Shown here: positions 9,454-17,768 of the stretch, in pieces | Numbering within the stretch: position 1 is the first letter of the stretch | Layout of the letters: the number at the start of each line of letters is the position of its first letter | Origin: Gammaproteobacteria bacterium | GTDB lineage: Bacteria; Pseudomonadota; Gammaproteobacteria; Steroidobacterales; Foliamicaceae | Length of the DNA: 64,000 nucleotides | Direction of reading: 5' to 3' | Assembly (NCBI GenBank): GCA_965200225.1 | Contig: CBDATM010000001.1 | Span: 1,551,878-1,615,877, forward strand | Position numbers and translations under genes: made by a program | Notes under the pieces: model-generated | Told to the model about the DNA's origin: nothing | Database searches by the model: none | Seen by the model: the letters and a program-made list of their open reading frames with translations, nothing else

Positions 9454-10575
9454 TTACGCCGCCACGGGCCCAGGGAGGCTTCGGGTAAGCAGTCGGAACA
9501 GGATTTTCAGGGCCGTATTGGAGCGAGCCAGGGCGCTGGTGATGATTGCCACGGCCCACACATTGCGACGCGAAATCTTCACTTCCTGCCCGCTGGAGAA
9601 GGACGGCATGCGGTGGATGCGCCGCAGGGTCAGCACCGCAATGCCGAGCGGCCACAGGCAGGAACGGCGGATTCCGGTTTCGCGGCCGGGGATCATCGTG
9701 GTGTAGCGTAGCGCATTGCACAGATGATAGTGGGTGATGGCCACGATTCTGTGCAGCCCTTCCACGAATCCGGGCGCGGCTTGGCCCGGCGACAGGGAGC
9801 TCAGTTCGCAGCCGCTGGCGCCGAACACGTCCCGAGGCAGCCAGCAGGCGCCGCGGCGCTGATCTTCCCACATGTCCTTGAGGATATTGATCATCTGCAA
9901 GCCCTGGCCGAAGGAAACCGACAGCGCCACCAGTTCGTCGCGCTGCCTGCCCATCCTATTACAGTAATCGCAGAACAGCGTGGTGAGCGTCTCGCCCACG
10001 ATTCCGGCCACGTGATAGCAATACTGGTTCATCCGCCGCACATCGGCCAGCCCCTCGGCATTGGCGTTGCGCTGAAATTCCACCATGCCCTGCGACATGA
10101 TCGTTACGCAGCGCAGGATCGCATCCTGTTGCACGCGACTGAGGCGCCTCGTGATGCGTGCCACGCGCGGTGTGGCGGCAATCAGTTCCCGTTCGGCTTC
10201 GGTGGTTGCGGATGACAGCAGGGCGCCCAGCTCGCGGGCAAAGGATTCGGCGTCGCCTCGCCCGGCCACGATGCTGATGAAGCGCTCCGAGAATTCCTGT
10301 TTCCGTTCCACGGCGAGAGCCGGGTCGTCTTCGATGGTGTCGGCGATGCGACACACCAGGTAGGCGTTGCCTACGGCGTGATAGAGCGTGCCCGGCAACT
10401 GCGCGATGGTCAGCGCGAAGGTGCGGGCTACGCCTTCGAGGCGCTCCTGCTGCCAGGCAATGTCCTGCCGGGCCACTTCTTCCGCGAGGCGCGGATCAGA
10501 GGAATGTTTCGGATTCACGACAAGCAATCGGTTGAAATATGCGGGTTCCCCCTGATTGCCAGAATATTTTACCAC
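9454..10575 (-). CDS. Squalene synthase-like head-to-head prenyltransferase (SQS type); start uncertain (GTG 10575 or 10518)
   Basis: VARTFALTI, AYLVCRIADTIEDD, YCYHVAGIVGE, FGQGLQMINILKDMWED, GACWLP motifs. Confidence 0.85.
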   Translation of the reverse strand: MVKYSGNQGEPAYFNRLLVVNPKHSSDPRLAEEVARQDIAWQQERLEGVARTFALTIAQLPGTLYHAVGNAYLVCRIADTIEDDPALAVERKQEFSERFISIVAGRGDAESFARELGALLSSATTEAERELIAATPRVARITRRLSRVQQDAILRCVTIMSQGMVEFQRNANAEGLADVRRMNQYCYHVAGIVGETLTTLFCDYCNRMGRQRDELVALSVSFGQGLQMINILKDMWEDQRRGACWLPRDVFGASGCELSSLSPGQAAPGFVEGLHRIVAITHYHLCNALRYTTMIPGRETGIRRSCLWPLGIAVLTLRRIHRMPSFSSGQEVKISRRNVWAVAIITSALARSNTALKILFRLLTRSLPGPVAA

Positions 10576-10612
10576 GGCATGTTTTCTGCTCGGGTGTGAG
10601 GTGCCGGGCCTG

Positions 10613-10917
10613 TGTAGAGAGCACATAACTTGTCCGGTTTTAGAGCACATGAAGTGTCCGGTCGTATATCTTGCCGAAGTCTACACCCCGGCGTTCAACG
10701 CCGAGTTTCGCCGCACGCCCGCGGAGGACAAGAGCGCTTTCGTGCCGATGGCCAGCCGCGCCCTGAGCTCCTGGAGAGGGTGGCATGACGGCCTCGGCCC
10801 GCTCCCCGCTCCGGTCGCTACGCTTCCTTCACGGGGAGCGCGAACCCCTCTTGAGGGTAAACTCACAACCGGACACTTCATGTGCTCTAAAACCGGACAC
10901 TTCCATTTGTCTGCAAA
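10613..10917. mobile_element. Non-autonomous IS-derived element (ISNCY/IS1202-like transposase remnant between inverted repeats)
   Basis: Perfect 32-bp inverted repeat 10631-10662 / 10868-10899 with internal repeated AGAGCACAT/GTCCGGT units, left end starts TGT; interior encodes YLAEVYTPAFNAEFRRTPAEDKSAFVP, resembling ISNCY transposase sequence. Confidence 0.7.
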
Positions 10918-10964
10918 AGCAACAGTTCGGGCGACATCCGCCATGAATTCTCCTTGAAGCCAGC

Positions 10965-11694
10965 ATGAGCAATAACGCGAACGCACTGATTTCGCACTCG
11001 GTGTTCCACCCGGACTGGATTGCCGGGCAGGCGGCGCGACGCTACGCATTAAGCGGCAAGGTCAAGGGCTACCTCCTGTATCGAGGTATGAACGATGTGT
11101 ATCTCATCACGGACCGGGTTTGCGGAAATGCATCTGCTGGGCCTGGAGTACCTCGGCGATCAGCAGGTCTCGACCGAAGATATGGTGAATTTCATGGTCA
11201 ATGTTCCCCCATTGCTTGAATTTCTTCACGATCGGCCCGAGGACGCCGGCTATTACGAAAAGCTTGCCCCACGGCTGGTCGAGCGTCTGGAAGGGCTTGC
11301 CCGAGAGGCCGTCCCGCTTGGGCTGTGCCACCGGGACTTTCATCCGAGCAACGTTCACGTGGACGAGAACGGTCAGATCACGTTGCTGGATTTCGACGCC
11401 ACCGGGCACGACTTCCTGATGCAGGATGTGAAGAATTTCACCTGGGGCAACCTGTTCTATGATTTCCCGGCCGTGTACGGTGAGGCGTTCGAGCGAGGCT
11501 ATGCAACGGTGCGTCCGTTTACGGCTGCGGAGCTCGAGCATTCGGAATTGTTCCTGCTGGCCAAGGCCTTTCGGCTGGTCTCGGGCATGGCGCATGCTTC
11601 CATGGCCGTCGGGCGAGGAACGCTTCGGTTTCGCAGTCTGGACTGGTTGGGCAATTACATTCGGGCTCGCGCCCGTAACGTGGAAATCCTGTGA
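10965..11694 (+). pseudogene. Aminoglycoside phosphotransferase / homoserine kinase type II family pseudogene (internal deletion with frameshift)
   Basis: N-terminus (LLYRGMNDVYL) in frame 10965; C-terminus (CHRDFHPSNV, LLDFD) in another frame to 11694; total span too short for the family. Confidence 0.75.
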
Positions 11695-11714
11695 GTTTCG
11701 GGAGAAGTGGCGTG

Positions 11715-13142
11715 ATGAGCAATTTGGAATCGGAAAAGTGGGACGTGATCGTGGTTGGCGCTGGAACCACGGGACTGCCGGCGGCAACCACGGCAGCCGA
11801 ACGGGGCGGGCGGGTGCTGCTGGTCGAAGCGGCGGACAAGCTCGGCGGAACGCTGTTGGTGAGTTCCGGGCAGATGAGCGCGGCGGGCACGCGCCTGCAA
11901 GCGGAGAAAGGCATCGAGGACTCGCCACAGCGGCACCTGGAAGAGGCGATTCGCATCAGCCGGGGAACGATCGACCCGGTGCTCGCCAGACTGAGCATAT
12001 TCAACGCCGCCGAAGCCTTCGACTGGCTGATGGAGCGCGGTTTCGACATCCAGGACCAGTGCCCGTCGGTCGAAAGCGCGCATGAACGGTACGAAGTGCC
12101 TCGCTACTACTGGGGGAACGACTTCGGCCGGTCCGTTCTGGACGTGCTGGAGCCGGCGATGCGCGAGCAGGAGGCCCAGGGGCGAATCAAGGTCCTCACC
12201 GGCACGCGGGTGATCGGTTTGCTGCAGGGTCGCCAGGGCGTCGTGACCGGCGTTGAACTCGTCGATGGAGAGGGCAGGGAGGCATCGCTTGCCGGGAAAA
12301 ACGTCGTGCTGGCGAGCGGCGGATACGCGGCCAACCCCAGGATGTTCAGGCGCCTTTGCGGTCGCAGGCTGTATGTGAACGCCGCTTATGAATTCGCCCA
12401 GGGCGACGGTTACGATCTTGCGGTTGCGGTGGGCGGATATCTGCGCGGGCGCGAAAAATATCTCTCGAACTTCGGTTGGCTGCTTGAAGACGGCCCGTTC
12501 CCGAAAGCCGTCCTCGGCAGAGTCAATACCTATCCCGAATCGCGTCCGCCGTGGGAGATCTACGTGAATGCCCACGGGCAGCGCTTCGTGCGGGAAGACG
12601 AGCCGAGCGTTGATGCGCGCGAACACGCGCTGCTGGAACAGCCCGAGTTGCGCTACTGGATCATTTTCGACGATCGCATCTTTCGGGAAGCGCCGCCAAT
12701 GGTCTTTGAATGGTCTCGTGAACAGATGGCGGAGTCGTTCAACGCCCGCGAGGCTTTCCGCAAGGCCGACCGCCTGGAAGCGCTTGCTCAGGCCATCGGG
12801 GTGCCCGGTGACGCCCTCGCGAAGACGGTCGGGGAATTCAATGCCGGGGTCGCAGCGGGCAGCGACGGAATGGGTCGTTCCCACATGCCCGCGGCAATCG
12901 AAAAGCCGCCGTTCTACGCCATCCGCCAGCAGGGCGGTTCGATATCCTCCAGCGTGGGCGTTGCGGTCAACGACCGGCTGCAGGTCCTGCGGCCGGGCGG
13001 CGAGGCGATCCCGGGTCTCTACGCCGCGGGCGAGATCCTGGGTTCCGGGCAACTCCAGGGCAACGCCTTCGTTGGCGGGATGATGGTCATGCCGTCGATT
13101 GTGTTCGGACGTTTGCTGGGCCAGCGGCTGCTGGAATTCTGA
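11715..13142 (+). CDS. FAD-binding dehydrogenase (flavocytochrome c / fumarate reductase / TcuA-like family)
   Basis: DVIVVGAGTTGLPAA, LGGTLLVSSG, VVLASGGY, GDG, IPGLYAAGE, GRLLG motifs. Confidence 0.85.
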   Translation: MSNLESEKWDVIVVGAGTTGLPAATTAAERGGRVLLVEAADKLGGTLLVSSGQMSAAGTRLQAEKGIEDSPQRHLEEAIRISRGTIDPVLARLSIFNAAEAFDWLMERGFDIQDQCPSVESAHERYEVPRYYWGNDFGRSVLDVLEPAMREQEAQGRIKVLTGTRVIGLLQGRQGVVTGVELVDGEGREASLAGKNVVLASGGYAANPRMFRRLCGRRLYVNAAYEFAQGDGYDLAVAVGGYLRGREKYLSNFGWLLEDGPFPKAVLGRVNTYPESRPPWEIYVNAHGQRFVREDEPSVDAREHALLEQPELRYWIIFDDRIFREAPPMVFEWSREQMAESFNAREAFRKADRLEALAQAIGVPGDALAKTVGEFNAGVAAGSDGMGRSHMPAAIEKPPFYAIRQQGGSISSSVGVAVNDRLQVLRPGGEAIPGLYAAGEILGSGQLQGNAFVGGMMVMPSIVFGRLLGQRLLEF

Positions 13143-14197
13143 TGCGCCGGCGAACGGTCATCGGGGCCTTGATCGGAGGCGCGGTGGCCGGGAGCGGAAA
13201 GTGGCTGAGCGCAGCAACGGGAGAAGGAGAAATAGGGGAAGGAGCAATGAGGGAAGCAGCGATGACGGAGGGCGCAACGACGGAGGGAGCAATGGTGGAA
13301 GGAGAAGCAACATTGAATACCGGAAATGCCCGTTACGCGGGCGTAGGGGAGAAGTGGACGGGCACGCCGGCTCTGGCGGGCGGGAAGGGCTATGCGCAAT
13401 GTCGCCTGGGAGCGCTGCATTACCGGCACTTGCCTGCGCCAAACGAAGACGAACCCAAGCCAACCATCCTGTTACTGCATCAGACGCCGTTCGGGCTGGC
13501 GGAATGGGTGGACATACAGCCCATCCTCACAGGGATGGGCCATGACACCATCGCGCCGGACAACCCGGGCTACGGGATGTCGGACCCTCCGCCGGACTCC
13601 GTTACGATTGCTGATCTCGCCGAAAACCTCGTGGACCTTCTCGACCACCTGAAGATCAAGCGGGTAGCGGTAGCCGGTCATCACACTGGCGCCGCAATCG
13701 CAGCATCGTTTGCGGCGCGCCACCCCGAGCGCACCGCTTGCGCCGTGCTGCATGGCTGCCCGGTTTACGATGCGGCCGGCCGGGCTTCCCGGCTGGCGCA
13801 GGCCGCGCCGCAGGTCCTCCTGCGCGAGGACGGCTCGCATCTGTCGGACATTTTTTCGGCAATACACTCGCGCGCGCCGATGCCGCGCGGACTATCGACG
13901 GCCAACTGGGCGACGCTGGGCGCCTGGTGCGCCGGCTTTGACACGCCTACCTATCGTGCTGTTTTCGCCAACGACATGGCGGCGGATCTGGACAGGATTC
14001 TCGTACCCACTCGAATTCTCACGGACCGCGGCGACAGCCTTCACGAACAGGACAAGCAGGTAGCCTCCCGGCGCTCGGACTTCAGCCTGGAAGTATTTTC
14101 CGGCGGCGGTTCCTTTTCATTGATGCTTGATCCGCAGAAGTGGGCCGAACAGGTCTCCGAATTTGCCGAATCTGCCGAAGGCGCCGCTATTGCCTGA
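13142..14197 (+). CDS. Alpha/beta-fold hydrolase with GHHTG elbow and possible Tat signal
   Basis: TGATG coupling to upstream stop; MRRRTVIG N-terminus; LLLHQTP, APDNPGYGMSD, VAGHHTGA. Confidence 0.8.
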   Translation: MRRRTVIGALIGGAVAGSGKWLSAATGEGEIGEGAMREAAMTEGATTEGAMVEGEATLNTGNARYAGVGEKWTGTPALAGGKGYAQCRLGALHYRHLPAPNEDEPKPTILLLHQTPFGLAEWVDIQPILTGMGHDTIAPDNPGYGMSDPPPDSVTIADLAENLVDLLDHLKIKRVAVAGHHTGAAIAASFAARHPERTACAVLHGCPVYDAAGRASRLAQAAPQVLLREDGSHLSDIFSAIHSRAPMPRGLSTANWATLGAWCAGFDTPTYRAVFANDMAADLDRILVPTRILTDRGDSLHEQDKQVASRRSDFSLEVFSGGGSFSLMLDPQKWAEQVSEFAESAEGAAIA

Positions 14198-15005
14198 GGA
14201 AGCGCTCGATCTCTTCCACCACAAAGTCGCGCCGCAGACTGAGGACGCCGTGGGAAACGCCCGGTATGTCGATACGGCGCCCGGCCTTGAACAGGTGCGA
14301 AGTCTGCTGGGTCACGCCCCACAGGTCGTCCTCGGGATTGACGACAAGCACCGGTTGGCTCACTTCGGCCATGGCCCCCAGGAAGTCATAGCGATAGACG
14401 GCGATGTATCCCCAGGGTAGCCGTTTCCCCAGACGCAGGGCGTCGGCCATTCCGACATGCAGCTCCTCGGCCGGTATCGCAGGGTCCGCCAGTCGGCCGA
14501 TGAGCGACCAGAGTTTTTCAACATGCCGAAGCGTTCGGTCCGGCGGCGGAAAACGTTCGCTCAGCCGGTCGAGCCGCTGGGCGCGAATGTCCTCCGGATA
14601 CGCCGCCAAGCCGAACAACACGCAGCGCCGGACGCGCTGACTGTCCTGGCGCGCCATCTCCGTGGCGGTGATCGAGCCGGTGTGATAGCCCAACACGTCG
14701 AAAAGGCCGGGCGCAAGGATCCCACGGTTTGCAAGGTGCTCCATGAACTCGAACATCGCCTCGGCGTAGTCGCCAATTTCAGCCGGTTCGGGCGGCGGAT
14801 CGCTCATGCCGTAACCCGGCGTGTCGGGGGCCACGACCACCCTGTTCCTGGCCAGGTACGGCTGGATGGGTTCCCACTGACGACTGTTGCTCGGGGTTTG
14901 GTGCAGACAGAGCAGTGGCGGCTGAGAAGCCGCTTCGGCAGGAGTCACGATTCGATAGTGCATTTGGCCGTAACGGCCGGGTGCATAAGCTTTCACAGGA
15001 CGCAT
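14187..15005 (-). CDS. Alpha/beta-fold hydrolase with GYHTG elbow
   Basis: LLCLHQTP, APDTPGYGMSD, VLGYHTGS, PVLVVNPEDD, HG near C-terminus. Confidence 0.85.
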   Translation of the reverse strand: MRPVKAYAPGRYGQMHYRIVTPAEAASQPPLLCLHQTPSNSRQWEPIQPYLARNRVVVAPDTPGYGMSDPPPEPAEIGDYAEAMFEFMEHLANRGILAPGLFDVLGYHTGSITATEMARQDSQRVRRCVLFGLAAYPEDIRAQRLDRLSERFPPPDRTLRHVEKLWSLIGRLADPAIPAEELHVGMADALRLGKRLPWGYIAVYRYDFLGAMAEVSQPVLVVNPEDDLWGVTQQTSHLFKAGRRIDIPGVSHGVLSLRRDFVVEEIERFLRQ

Positions 15006-15078
15006 CAGCGGTATTCCCCATGCTCAAGGTAAGTAGGCAGATACTTTAGCCCGTAGATTTCCAGAGGGCGAGTTGTGA

Positions 15079-15093
15079 CCCCCCCCCCCCCCC
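15079..15093. repeat. Poly-C homopolymer (15 nt), intergenic
   Basis: C15 run read directly. Confidence 0.9.
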
Positions 15094-15108
15094 TCTCGCA
15101 GGGGCGGG

Positions 15109-16503
15109 TCAAGCGCCGGGAATGACGCGCCCGGGGTTGAGGATTCCTTTGGGGTCGACCGCCTGCTTGAGTCGCTGCATCAGAGCCAGCTCGTCCGGAC
15201 TGCGCGAATAATGCAGATAGCCGCGCTTGAGCACGCCGATTCCATGTTCGGCGGAAACCGACCCGCCATGGGCGCCCGTTAGCCGGTAGCCGATATCGAA
15301 GATCGTTTTCAGATCGCCCTGTCGGCGGGTGGACACGAACAGGTGCAGGTTGTTGTCGCCAATGTGTCCGAACACCAGGTTCAGGGCGTCGGGCAGCGCC
15401 GATTTCAGTTCTCGGTCGAAAGCGTCCAGAAAATCGGCCATTTCGGCAATGTCCATGCTCACGTCCAGGCTGGCGTAAGGCAGCAAGTCGGCGGCAATCT
15501 CGGCCACGCCGTCGCGAATCGCCCAGAACGCCTGCCGGTCCTTTTCCGACCGGGCGATCGCCGCATCCTGGATTGCGCCCGATTCCAGGGCGGCGCCGAG
15601 AACCTCCTCGAATCGATCCTCGTCGGCCTGCGCGTCCGCGCCTTCCGCCTCTACCAGGGCGTAGATCGGGAAGCGCTGATCGAAAGGCGAGCGCGGACCA
15701 CCCCCATGATCGATAACGCGGTCAAAGTAAGAGGCCCACATCACCTCGAAGGCGCTTACCGAACCCCCCAGTTCCGCCTGCAAGCGCCGCAGCAGGGCCA
15801 CGGTCTGGGCAAGGGAATGCCCCGCGCAAAGCGCCGTGGATGCGCTGGCCAGCCGGGGAAACAGTCGCAACACAGCGCGCGTGATTACGCCCAGGGTTCC
15901 CTCGGAGCCGATGAACAGTTGCTTGAGGTCGTAGCCCGCATTGTTCTTCAGCATTTTGTTCAGCGAAGAAACCACCGTGCCATCGGCAAGCACCGCCTCC
16001 AGGCCCAGCACCAGATTGCGCGTCATGCCGAACCGGATCACCTGATTGCCGCCGGCGTTGGTGGCTATGGCGCCCCCGATGTGGCAGGAACCGCGCGCGC
16101 CAAAATCCAGTGGCAGCAGAAAACCGGCTTCAGCCGCCGCCTCCTGAAGCACTTGCAACGGCGTTCCCGCGCGGGCGGTAATGGTCATGGCGGTGGCGTC
16201 CAGCTCCTCGATTCCCGAGAACCGCTCCAGCGACAAGGCGATTTCCCCCGGCCTGGGGGTGGCGCCACCGGCCAGCCCGGTCATTCCGCCCTGCACAACC
16301 ACCGCTTGCCCCAGTTCGTGGCAGGTCGCCAGGATTCGGGAAACCTCCGCCACCGACCCGGGACGCAGCACGGCCAGCGGCCTGCAAGCGTTCTCGGCGG
16401 TGAAATCCACGCTGTGCCGCTGGCCGATTTCGTCTCCCGCAAGCAGCGCGTGCCCCTGCTGCCGCAGCGCGCCGATGGCGTCTGTAGGCGTGGAACGGTT
16501 CAT
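15109..16503 (-). CDS. FAD-binding oxidoreductase, D-2-hydroxyacid dehydrogenase (GlcD/D2HGDH) family
   Basis: VVQGGMTGLAGGA, IGGAIATNAGG, KNNAGYDL, GSEGTLGVIT, FGHIGDNNLH, SAEHGIG, DPKGILNPG. Confidence 0.92.
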   Translation of the reverse strand: MNRSTPTDAIGALRQQGHALLAGDEIGQRHSVDFTAENACRPLAVLRPGSVAEVSRILATCHELGQAVVVQGGMTGLAGGATPRPGEIALSLERFSGIEELDATAMTITARAGTPLQVLQEAAAEAGFLLPLDFGARGSCHIGGAIATNAGGNQVIRFGMTRNLVLGLEAVLADGTVVSSLNKMLKNNAGYDLKQLFIGSEGTLGVITRAVLRLFPRLASASTALCAGHSLAQTVALLRRLQAELGGSVSAFEVMWASYFDRVIDHGGGPRSPFDQRFPIYALVEAEGADAQADEDRFEEVLGAALESGAIQDAAIARSEKDRQAFWAIRDGVAEIAADLLPYASLDVSMDIAEMADFLDAFDRELKSALPDALNLVFGHIGDNNLHLFVSTRRQGDLKTIFDIGYRLTGAHGGSVSAEHGIGVLKRGYLHYSRSPDELALMQRLKQAVDPKGILNPGRVIPGA

Positions 16504-16702
16504 TACATCAAGGGTGGCGCGGCAACAGAAAAAATCCTCACGCAGGGCGCAGGCGCATTATGACCCAAATACCGGAAAACGCAGATTGCGGCTCAGGCTC
16601 CACACAGCGCGAAAATCTCGGCCTGGAACGGCCCGCCAACAGCTTCTTGCTCGACTCGTCGCTGGGCGCAGAACCGGAGATCTGGTCCTGACCGGCGTAG
16701 CG

Positions 16703-17566
16703 CTACATGATCGACGGTTCTTCCACGCGCTCCTGCAAACAGCCCTTGAAGGCTTCGCGAGGTGGAAGATTCCAGTCCCAAAAGCGTGCAATCACCCTCT
16801 CGCCGGTCATGCCGTTGGTTGCGTCCGTGCACAGCCACACGGCCGGCGGCACGATGATGTCGCCGGGCAGCAGGCGTCCGTCCGCCCGCTCGCCGACAAC
16901 CCCAGGCACCATGGCCGGCGTGATCAACTCGGTATCCGACGGGCCGCCAGGCAACAGGATATTCACGTCAACGCCAGTGCCCTCAAGCTCGCCGGCCCAG
17001 CATCGGTGCGTAGTCTCCAGTGCCGCCTTGGAGGACCCGTAAACGGAATTTCCGGGCCGGACCATGTTGAGCAGGCTGGTGGAGATGGAAATCACCTTGC
17101 CGAAATTCTGCTTCAACATGTGCGGAATCGTCGCCTTGGTCATGTAGAAGACGCCGAACAGGTTGGTTTCCACAATGGCGCGGAATTGTTCTTCGGTGAC
17201 AGCATGGAACGGCGTGGGCGCGGATATTCTGTCGCCGAATTCGCCGTAGGACCGCCCGGCGTTGTTGATCAGGACATCGACTCGGCCAAAAGCGTCAATG
17301 GTTTCCTGCATGGCGCGCTCGCAGTCCGCCGTCCGGGTTACGTCGCCGGCTACGGCAATACAGCGGTCGGACCCGCCGATGCCGCGCGCTTCTTCAAGAA
17401 CCGGTGTCAGGGTATCGGGGTTGCGCCCGGTCAGCGTCACACGCGCGCCGGCGCGCAGCAATTCCTGCGCCATGAACCAGCCGAAGCCCCGACTGCTTCC
17501 GGTAACGATCACCACCCGATCCTTCAGCGACGGATGATGCAGCGCCTTCCTGTTCTCCATATTCAT
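16703..17566 (-). CDS. Short-chain dehydrogenase/reductase (SDR)
   Basis: VIVTGSSRGFG, VLINNAG, YGSSK catalytic motif; start among ATG 17560/17566/17578. Confidence 0.9.
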   Translation of the reverse strand: MNMENRKALHHPSLKDRVVIVTGSSRGFGWFMAQELLRAGARVTLTGRNPDTLTPVLEEARGIGGSDRCIAVAGDVTRTADCERAMQETIDAFGRVDVLINNAGRSYGEFGDRISAPTPFHAVTEEQFRAIVETNLFGVFYMTKATIPHMLKQNFGKVISISTSLLNMVRPGNSVYGSSKAALETTHRCWAGELEGTGVDVNILLPGGPSDTELITPAMVPGVVGERADGRLLPGDIIVPPAVWLCTDATNGMTGERVIARFWDWNLPPREAFKGCLQERVEEPSIM

Positions 17567-17664
17567 CCTGTTCCCCATATTCGTTAAGGATACCCCCAGC
17601 CCGTCTCTTGTCGGAGGGTGAGCGTCTTTCCCCTCCTCTCGCAGGGGATGCATCAACCCGTTGG

Positions 17665-17711
17665 TGTGAAGCCGCTGTGAACCCGCTGATGTGAACTCGC
17701 TGTGAATCCGT
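17665..17711. promoter_or_regulatory. Four 11-bp direct repeats (TGTGAAnnCG) between divergent genes, putative operator
   Basis: tgtgaagccgc, tgtgaacccgc, (tga), tgtgaactcgc, tgtgaatccgt. Confidence 0.5.
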
Positions 17712-17768
17712 TGGTGGCGTTGCACCCCCACTTCCATTATCTTCAAGTCCCCATTTCGCTTTCTCCAG

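Noticed and set aside
10556-10957. 133-aa ORF
   Set aside because: Read-through across IS ends; only ~28 codons are transposase-derived, reported as a mobile element remnant
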